Numbered from the stretch's first letter, positions 12,831 through 26,059 are shown. The stretch is 64,000 nt of DNA from Octopus bimaculoides (GCF_001194135.2 NC_068996.1:9378128-9442127); one strand, 5' to 3'. Numbers and translations are program-made. Notes: generated by a model from the sequence alone, not told the origin.

Positions 12831-13694
12831 GGACAAAATAACTATCCTAACTTCTCATTCTCTGGTCTTCTCTCTGAATCTTCATCTTCTTACAGCACAC
12901 AAACTACAAATGTTTCAGCTGGATGAACATCAATCATCAGCCCATACAGGTCACTGACATTTCCCGTCATTAGACTGTGGCCATGCTGGGGCACCACCTT
13001 GAAGAATTTTAGTCAAATGAATTGACCCCAGGCCTTTTTGGCTTTTTTAAAGCCTAGTTCTTATTCTATTCAGACACAAAGACACTCATACATAGATTAT
13101 CATCATCATCATTTAATGTCTACCTTCCATGCTGGCATGATTTTGGACAGTTTGACTGGGGCCAGTAATTCATGGTTTGAAAAATACATCATGAGTTTTC
13201 TTTTCTCAGAACAAGAGTTACACACATCATAGCGGTAAAAGCAAAAGGAAGTGTTCATGGTTAATGAAAATGTCCAAGGTTAGCCAGTGCTCTGTAAGAA
13301 ATATCCTAAAAATGTTTTACAAATCTTACAATTACTATTTTCTTGAACACCCCACTGACTGTCATCATTGGTAATATTGTCAATGTCTTCTCTGAAATGA
13401 TTGTGTATTAATTCCAGTTGTGTCAGTTATAAATGAAGTGATTAATAAACATTTTTTGAGTGTATATCAATCACTTAGTATCACAACTAAGTCAGTGTAA
13501 TTTCTGCTTCAGCACAACATTAACTACACAAACATATTTTTACCTCTGGGGAAAATAATCCATATTAGTCTAGTCTCTAGCCTTTTGTGTATTCCATATG
13601 GGAGGCCATACAAGGAACTTGGGGTTGCTGGTGCACACAAGCCACATACTCCAATAAGGATTGTTTGGGTTAGTAAAGTAAATGACAACATTAA

Positions 13695-13912
13695 CCTTTT
13701 AGCATTCAGATTTCTTTGTCACCTGTAATACTCGTTTATTCACAGTTTTTAATTAATCAGGCATTGTCTTGTAGCTTCAAGATTCCAATGGTGTGTTTGT
13801 ATAATTTTAGAATGACATTGTAGGGTAAGTGTGAGAGGCTGGATCTGGTCAGTTTTAACATAAGACTGGTAGAATATTTGGGTCAGATATGGCCGGATTA
13901 AGTGCTAAAGAG
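13695..13912 (+). mobile_element. piggyBac-type MITE, same family
   Basis: TTAA|CCTTTTAGCATTCAGA ... GTGCTAAAGAG. Confidence 0.7.
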
Positions 13913-14049
13913 TTTATGACCTCTTATTGCTCCCTGGACAGTCTATACCACCCTATTACGATCCTGTCTTTTTGATGTACAGTAGTTAGGTACCAGACTT
14001 ATTGTGTGATTTGTGGCACTTTTTTTAAATAGATTGCTCATATTACAGC

Positions 14050-14440
14050 TTATGTAAAGTAGGTCTGTCATGCTCCTGTTCAGTATCACAAACCTATATG
14101 TTGTAACTAGCACTGCAGATGTGTTAATAGTACAGAGAGTTATTCTAACAGTTAAATTTGTTTTTCTTTTCTGTCAAAGTTTTTATTTTATTTTTTTTAT
14201 TTCTCATTCAGGCACATTCCGCACAAAATACACTTCTACTCTCATTTGTAAAATATGGAAATTCAAATTTATCCAGTTCCCTCTGCTTATTCTTGCTCAT
14301 TTTCTTGTTAGATTCTTGCTTTCTTCCATTGCAAAAAAGATGTGTCTCAGTCTCCATACTAAACTACTTAACGTTTGCTGAAGACACTTTCAAGCTGAGG
14401 ACATTCATAGAATACAATTTCATGGTAGATGAACTTAGTC
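14050..14440 (-). mobile_element. Very degraded R4/Dong-like RT fragment (second copy)
   Basis: MKLYSMN, VK*FSM and RKTNLTVRITLCTINTSAVLVTTYRFVILN resemble LKLYAKN, VKxFS and AINTxAVPVxTYSF. Confidence 0.45.
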
Positions 14441-14499
14441 TTTTCCCTCATCTCACTTTCTCCCCCTGTAGGTTTTTTTTTTTTTTTTCATTTTTAATT

Positions 14500-15070
14500 A
14501 GCCCACTTACAGGTAAACAAGCTTCGGGTGAAAGGAAATCTAGAAATGTTGTCTGAGCAACCAGAAGCAGCATGATTGATTGTTCCTTCATTAACTCGCA
14601 TATTCTGCCGTAATATTTTGTTTCATCCGTATACATTTCAGCATACATATTTTGGGAAGTTTCTGGTGGTGAAGGTGTCGAAACCAAAAGAGATTTGTCA
14701 GTTTCAGCTTTTGAGTCCTCTGCTTCTCAACAATTGTTCAGTTTTTTTTTCTTTATCAGTTTCACCTTCGACTAGTCTTGTTCGGTATTTACAATGTAAA
14801 GGATTTTCTTGCCAATGTTTTCAACTTGACACTTTCAAATAATCCCCATTTCAGGTCCCACTCACCTTAGCTCTTAACACCTGTTTGTTCTTTTAACCTG
14901 TGTTTAATATTTATTGTCTTTGCTGAAGACAGCAGTTTTTTTTTGTTTTTTTTTGTTTTTTGTTTTTTTCCATTTGAATATAATCCTTTGTGTGTCAGCT
15001 TTTTGGATAGTATAATTCTAAAGGCAGTCATTATGTTTCTTATTTTCCTGTTATGTCTTGCCCAGTTCAC
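14500..15070 (-). mobile_element. Degraded R4/Dong-like thumb-to-CCHC fragment
   Basis: Across frameshifts: NW..NRKIRNIMTAFRI, YPKADTQR, KHWQENPLHCKYRTRLVEGETDKEKKTEQLLRSRGLK/AETD, GRICE and GTINHAASGCS, colinear with the R4-type ORF. Confidence 0.7.
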
Positions 15071-15324
15071 TTTGCATTCAGTTTAACCTTTTGCCTGTCC
15101 AAAACATTTTCATAACTTTGTCCTAAATATCCACACTTGTTTTTTTAGATTTTTAGTTGGCCCTTGTTTAATATGTTCTGAATAATATAAAGCTTTGTGG
15201 TTGGAAAAAAATTATGAATGCGTATCATTTATGATACAAGGTTACCAGGGAAATATATTTTGTGTGTTACATGTGACACACAGGTAGAACAAAAAGTGAA
15301 GCAATATTTTGACTATAATGGCAC

Positions 15325-15758
15325 CCATGCCAACGTCGTCTCCTTCATTGGATACGAAACTTGGTTTGCGAAGACTTGTTGGGGCAAGCGAAAGCGAAAT
15401 CGTGATGACACCTGTGTCCAGCGTCGCCTTCCTGGCGCTTGTGCCGGTGGAAATGGAAAAGACATTTGAGCGAGATCATTGCCAGTGCTGCTGGACTGGC
15501 TCCTGTGCAGGTGGTACGTAAAATACACCATTTTGAGCGTGGCCGTTGCCAGTACCACCTGACTGGCCTTCGTGCCGGTGGCACGTAAAAGCACCCACTA
15601 CACTCTCAGAGTGGTTGGCGTTAGGAAGGGCATCCAGCTGTAGAAACTCTGCCAAATCAGATTGGAGCCTGGTGTAGCCATCTGGTTCACCAGTCCTCAG
15701 TCAAATTGTCCAACCCATGCTAGCATGGAAAGTGGACGTTAAACGATGATGATGATGA
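15325..15758 (+). mobile_element. Family D repeat: RTE 3' UTR-derived element with a (GAT)n tail
   Basis: Ends GGAAAGTGGACGTTAAACGATGATGATG; same sequence as the tail of the RTE ORF copies. Others at about 858, 1740, 10680, 11494, 18930, 51420, 58095, 60105, 62440 and 63765. Confidence 0.8.
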
Positions 15759-15789
15759 ACTTATTACTGGAAATACTAGGTTGTCCATA

Positions 15790-16100
15790 CCTATTAACTT
15801 GTTCTAAGTATTAACCTTCTGTGTCTATAATAGTCCTTTTTCATTTGTGTGTGTTTTATTTGGATAGCTCATGGGTTCTTTAGTATTTCTAATACTTTGG
15901 TTTGTTCAAATGCTTTATCTCTTGTCTCTGTATCTAATATTATTCTAGTAATCTTCTTAATTTTCCTTTCTTCAAACGTTTGCTTAGTGCATTTTTCTAA
16001 ACCAAATTTCATATCTGTTTCTCTAGTGAATCTTTATACCATCCAAAGAATGTTTCTACCTCTTGAAATTGTTTATATAGAAAGTATGGTCTCTTATCCT
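15790..16100 (-). mobile_element. Degraded R4/Dong-like RT C-terminal fragment
   Basis: Minus-strand translation RFTRETDMKFGLEKCTKQTFEERKIKK...IQIKHTQMKKDYYRHRRLILRT resembles FSxDIGMxFGLDKCAK...EYYRRxRLxL. Stops present. Confidence 0.65.
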
Positions 16101-16155
16101 TCCATAACATTTGTATCCAAATGCTATGATTTAACATATTGATTAGTTGTGTTAA

Positions 16156-16371
16156 CCCTTTAACATTTGTACTGGCCATATCCAACCAAAATATTCTACC
16201 TGCTTTATGTTCAAACTAGCTTGATCTAATTTCTCTCGATTACCTTACAATATCATTCTAAAAATTAAGTTACCTCATCAAAATCTCATGGCTACAAGAT
16301 AATGCATGATTAATTCAAAACAATGAATAAATAAGAATTACGTTTCACAGAATAATGTGAATGCTAAAGGG
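16156..16371 (-). mobile_element. piggyBac-type MITE, same family
   Basis: TTAA|CCCTTTAACATT ... AATGCTAAAGGG. Confidence 0.7.
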
Positions 16372-16399
16372 TTTAATGCCCGGCTGGAAAGAAGTGGTG

Positions 16400-16760
16400 A
16401 TAGGGAGTGCACTTGGAATATTATTCTTCGAATAGGGACCAGAACTGCCTTTTTGGTTTGCCATTCATATCATGGCTACTATTTTCATGATCCACATAAT
16501 AGGAAACAATGTCAAAAGCCAACTGGTGCCAATCCATTTCATACTCAAATTCGTACTTGCTCAATTTTTCAAATGCTTTCAGAACTGTGCTTTTGCCAAG
16601 TGGTGGTATTTGGTGATAAAAATCATCATCATCATTATTGGATTTTTTTGTAAATTTTTCATTCCTTTTAATATTCCCTCATCTAGTTCTCTGCACTTGT
16701 GGCAAATAATTAAATTATTGTTGCTGACAAAGTGGAGGCATAACTTTATTATGTGTATGA
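16400..16760 (-). mobile_element. Degraded RLE C-terminal relic
   Basis: STVLKAFEKLSKYEFE and TLFPIMWIMKIV resemble SLKEMEKLSKYKDLE and TIIPIIVGALGII. Confidence 0.4.
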
Positions 16761-18260
16761 TAATTATACAAACATATATTCATAAATACACGCACATACG
16801 CACACATACACACACTCTCATGTTGTGTCAATGGATGCAGTCATAAAAAAAACATCACCAACATCTACTTCCTACAGAAGATAAGACCGAGATGAACTAG
16901 AAACATTCAATGGTGTTAGGGATGTCAGTGTTCCAAACTAAGCAGAAATGAAAAATCATTGATTAAGAAAAATTAGAGAAACACAATCATGTTTTCAACA
17001 TGTTTGGATGAAAAATTGTTCCCTATAGATGTATGTCATCATCATTATCATTGTCATCATCATTTTAACATCCACTTTTTTCATGCTCACGATCAGAGAG
17101 AATTTGTTGAAACAGATTTATCTACAACCAGATGCCCTTCCTGTTGCCAACAGTCAACCTTTTTTCAAGCAAGGTAATATTTCTTTCACCATGACCAGAA
17201 ATGTTTTTCATGGAAGATTGGAAATGAAGGACACCACTTGTATGAAGGTGACACTCCTTTACAACCATCATGCCAAGTCAAAGCAACAAGACAGTAACAC
17301 ACACATACATACACACATATACATGTACAATGATCATCTTTCAGTTTCTCTCTACCAAATCCTCTCACAAGGCTTTGGTCAGCTCATGTCTATAGTAGAA
17401 GGCATTTTCCCAAGTTGCCATGCAGTGGGACTGAGCCCAAAACCATGTGGTTGAGAGGCAAACTTCACACCACACAGCGATGCCCACTCTACATATCTAT
17501 CTATCTATCTATCTATTGGTCAGTCTGTCTCACTGTCTCTTTATGTCTGTCTAAGTCTATCATTTTATCTGTCTATTCAATACTTATCACCAATGCTAGC
17601 ATGGAAGGTGGACGTTAAACGATGATGATGATGATGATGATATAGCCAGGAGTGACTGTGTGTTAAGAAGCTTGCTTCCCAACCATGTGGTTCTGGGTCC
17701 AGTCCCACTGCATGGCACCTTGGACAGGTGTCTTTTTCTGTAACTTTGGACTAACCAAAGCCTTTTGAGTAGATTTTGTAGACAGAAGTTGAAAAACGCC
17801 TATTGTATATGTGTGTGTGTGTGTGTTTTCCCCCCTCCCCCATCACACTTGACAACTAGTGTTGGTGTGTTTACATCCCTGTAACTTAGTGGTTTGGCAA
17901 AAGAGACCAATAGAGTAAGTACCGAGCTTAAAAAAATAAGCACTGGGATCAATTCATTCGACTAAAAATTCAAGGTGGTGCCCCAGCCTGGCCGCAGTTT
18001 AATGACTGAAACAGATAAAAGATAAAAGACGTGTGTGTGTGTATGTGTTTCCATTAATAAATGTATAAAATGATGGTGTGCATTGATTGTACGTGTGTGT
18101 TCCTAAATCTCTAGGTATGATGGCTGTGTACCAATACATGTCACTGCCTTGTATGCATAATGTCTGTGTGTTCAATCGTGTTCTTATGTCCACATGACAA
18201 ATCTTTGTTGAGATCTTATATTGTCTTAAGTAGCCATTCTCTCCAGAATTGAATTTTCCC

Positions 18261-18291
<31 letters not shown>

Positions 18292-19229
18292 CTCTCATAT
18301 TTAAACTTATCATTTACTATACACAATTTGTCAATTTTTTTTTTTTTTTTCTTATTAGTTAATTAATTCTCTTTAGTTGCTGCTGTTATTATTATTATTA
18401 TTGTTGTTCTTGTTGATATTGTCATCATAGTGCTGGTGCTATTGTTGAATTAGATAACTGTGATTAACAGTCATCCACAACAAGATTTCTTCCTGAAGAA
18501 TACGGAGAAGAATGGAGAATTCTTTATAATTTGTTTTACACTCAAGATGTGTGTTTTTTAAGTAGTTATTTAATTTCTCTCTCCTATTAACTAGAGTTAA
18601 GTCTTGTCATTTTCCATAGGATCATTCTCCACACTTCTTCCTCTCTCTCTCCATAGATTCTATAACTGACTGGTTTTTTAATTGAATATAGATAGACAGA
18701 CAGACAGACTGACATATATTTAATTATTGTTAGCTGTTACACTGATTTTAAGTAACAGGTTTGTTTTTTTTACTTCAGATATTTTCATACAACCACAGTG
18801 TCACTTTAAATGTAATCACTCAAAAATACCTTGGATCATAGGGTGACATGCCATGCTTGAGGAGACCTATTGAGTCAAGTACATCAAAAGCAAATAACAT
18901 TCAAATGGAACATAAAAAACACCACCCAAACATGGCTGATGCCAGCACCGCCTAGACTGGCTTCTGTGCCGGTGGCACGTAAGAAGCACCATCCGATCAT
19001 GGTCAATGCCAGCACCCTCTGGCACCTGTGCTGGTGGCACATAAAAAATCACCTACTACACTCTTGGAGTGGTTGGCATTAGGAAGGGCATCCCACTGTA
19101 GAAACACTGCCAGATCAGATTGGAGCCTGGTGCAGCCATCTGGTTCGCAAGTCCTCAGTCAAATCATCCAACCCATGCTAGCATGGAAAATGGACGTTAA
19201 ACAATGATGATGATGATATATATACGCAT

Positions 19230-19278
<49 letters not shown>

Positions 19279-19824
19279 TATAAACATGCGTTGGTGGTTT
19301 CTTAGCAAAACTTGTAGATGTCTGTCTCATTTTTTTCTTTATGCATTTTTTTTCTACATTGGAATCAACTTTTATTGTTTAAGTTAAAAATATTCCTTTA
19401 TCACATTAATTATCTGTCATTTTCTTATTTTTACTTTATCGTCCACCATACTAAAGAAAATGGTGTTTTACTCCCAAATTTTTCTAACTTTTGTTATACT
19501 TTTGTCTTGATAGTATTCTATAATCTAATTTCCACAATATTCTATTATAAAAAAAAATACGTGTTTGTTATTCCAAGACCAGTATGTTGGTTACATGTTG
19601 TACAGTTGTACAGTTACACTCACAAAAGTGATGTGGTTTCCCCTCAAAAATGTTGTCATTAGGATGGAGCACAATCCCCTGAATCCTTCTTGTTAAAGAC
19701 ACCAACCCCTTCAATATATTTTCTATATTTGTAACTGAAATCTCAGAATGGTATCTCTATCACTATAAAAGTAATAGCTCCCAACTTTTATTTTTGTGGT
19801 TTCTAAGATATGTTAAGTCTACAC

Positions 19825-20204
19825 CTGGGATTCACAAACCATTTTTTGCCTATGGATCCCTTTGGTTCTTCTTTTACTCAGTTGGACCCTTATAACTATT
19901 CAATGTTTTAAAAATCTTATTATATTTTTTAGAATTAAATATTATTAGGAGCTGTATAAAAAATTTTTTAAAATTCTTTAGATATTTTGTGTATAGCAGA
20001 AGTTTAAACAATTTATTACTCTTTTACTCTTTTACTTGTTTCAGTCATATGACTGCGGCCATGCTGGAGCACCGCCTTTAGTCGAGTAAATCGACCCCCA
20101 GGACTTATTCTTTGGAAGCCTAGTACTTATTCTATCAGTCTCTTTTGCCGAACCGCTAAGTTACGGGGACGTAAACACACCAGCATCGGTTGTCNNNNNN
20201 NNNN

Positions 20205-20239
<35 letters not shown>

Positions 20240-20423
20240 CTTCTTTCAGTTTCTCTCTATCAAATCCACTCACAAGGCTTTGGTTGGCCCGAGGCTATAG
20301 TAGAAGACACTTGCCCAAGGTGCCACGCATTTGGGACTGAACCCGGAACCATGTGGTTGGTAAGCAAGCTACTTAACAAACAGGACCCCCGAGGGCCATA
20401 TAGACCCCTGTTGAGAACCACGG
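19825..20423. mobile_element. hAT-like MITE with a nested SINE (20016-20378)
   Basis: Right end GTTGAGAACCACGG; flanks GTCTACAC / GTCTAGCT; body similar to 61376-61866. Confidence 0.55.
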
Positions 20424-22933
20424 GTCTAGCTTTGTATTCTTAGTTTATACAGTGTTAACAGTAATTTTAAGAAGTTGTTTTGTGGCTAACCCTTTTAATT
20501 TGAACCATCCAAAATACAGTCACTGGTTCTGTGATACAAACTTCCTCTTTTACACACAGATATCTAAGCTAAAACCTTCCACTGGAATTTTGTATTGATT
20601 TATGTTCCAAACAGTAATAAAGGTTAATAAAGACAATGTTATTTTACTGAATTCTTCATTATTTTTGGCTTTCATTGAAACGAAGGCAATGTATTTCAAC
20701 AGAAATATGTTAACAAAGGGTTAGGACAGTGCTAATGTTTGTGTCTATAAGTAGATTCTTAAGAGAGAGAGAGATAGAGAAGTTGGTAGACAAATAGGCA
20801 AGTTAACTCTAATTGAAATTATTCCAGTCATTTGGAAATAATAATAATAAAAAAAGAACTTTCTGGAACACACAACCAGTTAGTTTGACATCAATTTAGA
20901 AGTGAATTTTAGAATTATTATTTCATGTCTATAGCAAATCATTTCTTCTCTTCCTCAAATCGTTCAAACAACAGATGTTTGGAAGTCTAGGATTGTTGTT
21001 TGTGATTTTGAATAGATTGAAAATAGTGTTTGCACAATTTTCGGAGAAATTCTGACAGGAGTCGTGATGAGCATGATTATTCCATAGACTTCCATTTTTA
21101 GATTCAGAATAAAAGAAAGAGTAGGGTAAGAAACTAACCAGCTCAGAAGAAATTATTTCATATCCACTGCAGGTATACATCATCATCATTGTAATTAATG
21201 TCACTTTTCTATGCTGGCATGGGTTGGACAGAATTTGTTGAGGCAGATTTCCTACAGTCAGATACCCTTCCTGTCACTAACTCTCACCTGTTTCCAAGCA
21301 GAGTAGTAAATTATACAAAGAAACACCTTAATGACCAGCTCTATATAACAACATCTGTTAGTCTGGTTAATAAAATGATACAGTGAGATATATATGTTAG
21401 TGTGTGTGTGTGTGTTTATATAATATATATTTATATTCATAAGCAAGAATATTGACAGTGACTTCAAGATCATTGTCAATTCTTGTTAAAGAATTATAAA
21501 TTTGAATGCTACAAAAGTATAAGGTAAACCTTGAGCTTAATGTAAAATTGTTTTTATTATTATTGATCATTAAAAACAAACATTAATAAAAACATAGATG
21601 TGCATCTTGGTTAAATGCCTTCTACTATAGTGCTAGGTGAGCCAATGCCATTTGAGTGAATTTGGTGCACAGAAACTGAGTGGAAGCCTATTGTGTATGT
21701 GTTTGTGTTTGTCTCCACCACTACAAGCACTTGACAACTTGACAACCAGTGTTGGTTTGTTTATATTTCCATGGCATTAATGGTTCTGCAAAAGAAGGAT
21801 GCAGAATAAGAACCAGACATGAATGAATAGTACTGAGTCAATTTGTTCAGATAAACCCTTTAAGATAAACTCCTACATGGCTGCCGTCCAATAACTGAAG
21901 CAAGTAAAAGATAGACAGACAGACAAGATAATGCATGACAAAATAGATCTTTTATCCTGTTTAAGTCATTAGACTGTGGCAATGCTGGGGTGCTGCCTCG
22001 AAGAATATTTTTCTGTCAAATCAACCTCAGGATTTTTTTTTTTTTCTAAACTTGGTGCTTATTCTATCGATTTCTTTTTGATGAACTACTAAGTTAAAAG
22101 AGACAAGCAGTGGTGGGTGACAAACACGCACACAAACAAATATATATGTATTTGGACTTCTTTCAGTTTCTGTCTACCAAATCCATTCACAAGATTTTAG
22201 TCAACCCAAGGTGATAGAAGACACTTGCCCAAAGTACCACACAGTGGGACTGAACCCAGAACCCCGTGGTTGGGAAACAAACTTCTTAACATACAGCCAC
22301 GCCTACATATGGAGTACGCATTTTTTTTTTTCTTTTCCTTTTAGTTTATTTTAGATTTCACTATGACTACCTTTCGATATATCTCTCTATATATAATAGT
22401 AGTAAAATTTTGTTTGTTGGTTACCGTTGGTTGGTTTGAGAATTAAACTATACATTGTCGCAATAAAATGTTTTGAAACATGTACTCTTAGTCATAAGCC
22501 AACATTCATGACAAAATGTTGAGGGAATCTGACTCCTGGAGGCCTCAAAAGAGAAGAATTCTGACGCAGAAAAAAAAAGTTGTTGCTGTCTCTGAAAGAG
22601 AAAGAAAACAAAGAGAATGAACTTGGAATACACACATGCGCACACACATACTCACTCACGCACATACTATGCTTTTTGACACTGAGCCATTCATATCAAA
22701 GACACAGACATACACACACACAGAGACATACACACACACACAGACATACACACACACACAATGGTATTTTCTTTTAAGTAGTCTTCTGTAATTAAAAGAA
22801 AATATTAGTGTTTTGTGTATGTGTGTGTGTGTGTGTGTATCTTATGTAATTTCATGATTTATGAATGACATTTGTTTTAGATGAGTCTCATCTTTCCTCT
22901 GTCTCTCTGTCTCTTTCTCTCTCTCTCTTTATC

Positions 22934-22998
<65 letters not shown>

Positions 22999-23045
22999 CT
23001 TTGTTTACTGTATATAGTGTATTTATATATGTCTAATATATGTAC

Positions 23046-23097
<52 letters not shown>

Positions 23098-23229
23098 GTG
23101 GGTGTGGATGTGTTTGTCACTTGTTTCTGAATGTCTGTGTCTGATTATATTTTAGAGGTTTGTGTGCCGTGGATAAAGTATTCTATGAAATTGTTTAATA
23201 AAGTAATATGTGCATGATTGTAATAAACA

Positions 23230-23690
23230 GATTCTACTTCTATCTATCTATCTATCTATCCATCTATCTATCTGTCTGTCTATCTATCTATCTACCTGTC
23301 TGTCTGTTTGTCTATCTGTCTGTCTATCTATCCATCTACCTGTCTGTCTGTTTGTCTATCTGTCTGTTTGTTTATCTATCTGTCTATTTGTCTGTCTATC
23401 AATCTATCATTTTGCCCATTTAACTGCCTATCTTCCTACTTATATGTCTCCGTCAATCTATCAGTCTATCTATCTACTGTCTATGTCTGTCTGTCTACCT
23501 GTCTATTTATCTATCAGTCTTTTGTCTATCTATCTATATCAGTCTATCTGCCTATGTAACTGTGTCTATCTTGTCTACCTACATAATCTATATATCTAGT
23601 TACTACCCTATCTACCTATCTCTCTCTCTCTCTCTGTATATATGTGTGTGTGTGTGTGTGTCTGTCTGTCTGTCTGTCTGTCTGTGTACT
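23230..23690. repeat. Compound (TCTA)/(TCTG) microsatellite
   Basis: Directly visible tetranucleotide array. Confidence 0.9.
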
Positions 23691-24041
23691 TTTTTACACT
23701 CTTGTCTGTCATGTTTCCGGTTGGTTGGATCATTCTTAGAAGGAATGTAAGCTGGTTCACACCAGAGCAAGCATGATTGATGGTAATTATGACTGAGTTG
23801 GCTAGAGAGAGGGGGAGTCAAAGGTTAAACACGTAATTTGGCACCTATAAGTAAACTATACCATAATCATGCCACCAGCTGACGATATGATAACCATGGT
23901 GAGGCGGGATAGGGGTTGGTGCAGAGGGGGCAGTGCTGACTGGCACTGATTTTGGTGACACTGGGGCATGTGAAATCTTCCCAAGAACTCAGAGATCTGT
24001 CTCTCTCTCTCTCTCTGTTCTTTCCCTTTCTCGTCTCTTTC

Positions 24042-24105
<64 letters not shown>

Positions 24106-24532
24106 CATAAGCAATTGTATTTCACTTAGCAAATGTGTGTGTATATGCATTTATATAAAGCATATGAATATGTGTATACTTATAGATATAATGCAGACTT
24201 GTATGCATGGATATGTACTTCTATACACACTCGCGTGTGCGCACATGTTTATGTATATATATATAGTGTGTGTGTATAGTCGTGTATCTCTGCGTGTATG
24301 TGTATAGTCGTGTATCTCTGTGTGTGTATGTATATATGTAAGATTTGAGGGTCGAGGTGTAGGAAGAAAGTAAGCTTCAAGCAATCCATAACAGTGGTTT
24401 ATTGCGTCCAAAGGTTATGAATGTTTTTCCCTATTGGAGTACGGTAAGCTGGGAAGAATTCTTATTGAATCCTCTGTATGTTAACATGGGGGCTCCTAAC
24501 AACAGTGTAAACTTCATTTAATCAAGATAATG

Positions 24533-24621
24533 TTGGTCTGAAGAGTAGGCTGTAGTACACCCCTCCACTTGGATATTTACCACTTCCGAGGTTCCATTCG
24601 CTATGAAACATATGTAGCCCA
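24533..24621 (+). ncRNA. Candidate degenerate type I hammerhead with a long stem II loop
   Basis: CTGAAGA 24538-24544; stem II GTAG/CTAT (G.T plus 3 bp) enclosing about 52 nt; GAAA 24605-24608; C-ATAT-GT-A with a palindromic loop; stem I TTGGT/GCCCA (4 of 5 paired). Confidence 0.35.
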
Positions 24622-25637
24622 GATTTTATCTACTCTGTTCCTTAACTGTTGTGTGTATACACACACACACACACAGAGTTACAGTGCGATACCTTTTGTT
24701 CCAGAGGAAAGATAGTGCCAAATACCTGTAACATTGACTGAAAAGATGGCTTGTAGAAGATATCCTGAAACCAGAAACCTGTCTCAGACGCTTGCAACAG
24801 AGTGAACTCCACGAAAGGCACCCAAATTGCCATTTGGAGATGTTAAACCAGGCATATGGTTAAGTCTCCTTGATTGTGGAGATCCACCATCTGATCAAGT
24901 GCTCCTGTTCCACAAGACTGGGTTGATGCTATTATTTATAATTTCAGTGTTTAAAAGAAAGGGATCCAAATGAGAATGTGTGGAAATTTTTTAGGAATAA
25001 GCCTGCTTGAAGAAACTGGTAACGTTTTTGCAAAACGTTTACTTAATCAGTTTACAAAGTGGATATGCCCCTTGGTTATCCCAGAAAGTCTAATGAAATT
25101 TGAGATCAAGTCATGGTACAGTGGACATATATATTTTCAGCTTGTCAGCTCCAAGGAAAAGGCATCAAGCACCTCATATCTCTTTATCAAGCTTTTATTG
25201 ATTTAATAAAAAGCCTTTGTTATTGCTAATAGGACCATTCTCTGAACCGTTCTTGGTAAACTTGGTTGTCTGCGTTGCTGAAGCAATTTTTTTGTGACAC
25301 AAAAGCTCATTTTTAAATCAACAGCTCACTCTTGGAACCAATATGTATGTAAAAACTTCCCAGAACACACTGTAAAGTGGTTGGCATAGAAGTCATACAA
25401 AAACAGACAGTAGAGAGTTTAGTGCAGTCCTCAGATTTGCCAGCTCCTGTCAAACTGTCCAACCCATGCCAGCATGGAAAATGGTCATTAAATGGTAATG
25501 ATGATACATGTATTAGTGTGTGTGTGAATAAATCCATCCATCCATCCATCCATAAAATATAGGGTAGTGAATATCTTTAGAAATTTCAATACCAGTGGCC
25601 TAGCATGTATAAAAAGTCAATAGACAACATATTTTCC

Positions 25638-25984
25638 ATATGAAATTAGTATTCATTTAAACACAATAGAGGTGACCCTTAACGAGCAGCCTTACATGAT
25701 AGAAGTAGCAGTCAAAATGACCAAAACCACATTTAAGAGTAGTTTCAAAGGGAATGAAAAATACTGACGAGAACTTCACCTAGCAAATTATTTTATTTGC
25801 TAACTAGAGTTCGAAACCTAGGAATGGCTATAAAAAAAACAAGGTAAAAGTTTTTTTTTATTTTTCATTCCTTTCGAAATTGCTCTTAAATGTGGTGTTG
25901 GTCGTTTTGACTGCTACTTCTAGCATGTAAGACTGCCTGTTAAGGGTCGCCTCTATTATGTTTAAATGTACACTAATTTTATAT
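25638..25984. repeat. Long imperfect inverted repeat (about 125-bp arms, about 95-nt spacer)
   Basis: Left arm 25638-25763 (aaattagtattcatttaaacacaatagaggtgacccttaac...ggaatgaaaaata) is the reverse complement of right arm 25859-25984, with scattered mismatches. Confidence 0.9.
25764..25824 (+). ncRNA. Hammerhead-like motif, probably inactivated (GAA instead of GUH)
   Basis: CTGACGA; stem II GAACT/AGTTC extended by a TAGCAAAT/ATTTGCTA hairpin; GAAA; C-CTAG-G with a palindromic loop; then AA where U16.1 is expected. Confidence 0.5.
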
Positions 25985-26006
25985 ATAAATATATATATAT
26001 ATATAC

Positions 26007-26059
<53 letters not shown>

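Noticed and set aside
12905-12940. Minus-strand CTGATGA...GAAAC-ATTT-GTA hammerhead-like pattern
   Set aside because: Neither stem I nor stem II can form. It serves as an example of a chance core match.
14448-14687. Antisense host-gene exon (MVSTPSPPETSQ..., donor CCT|GTAAGT)
   Set aside because: Better explained as frameshifted R4/Dong sequence colinear with neighbouring fragments.
21100-21130. 24-nt microexon candidate tttttag|ATTCAG...GTAGG|GTAAGA
   Set aside because: It has a stop in the phase-1 frame needed to join 28577, and no other support.
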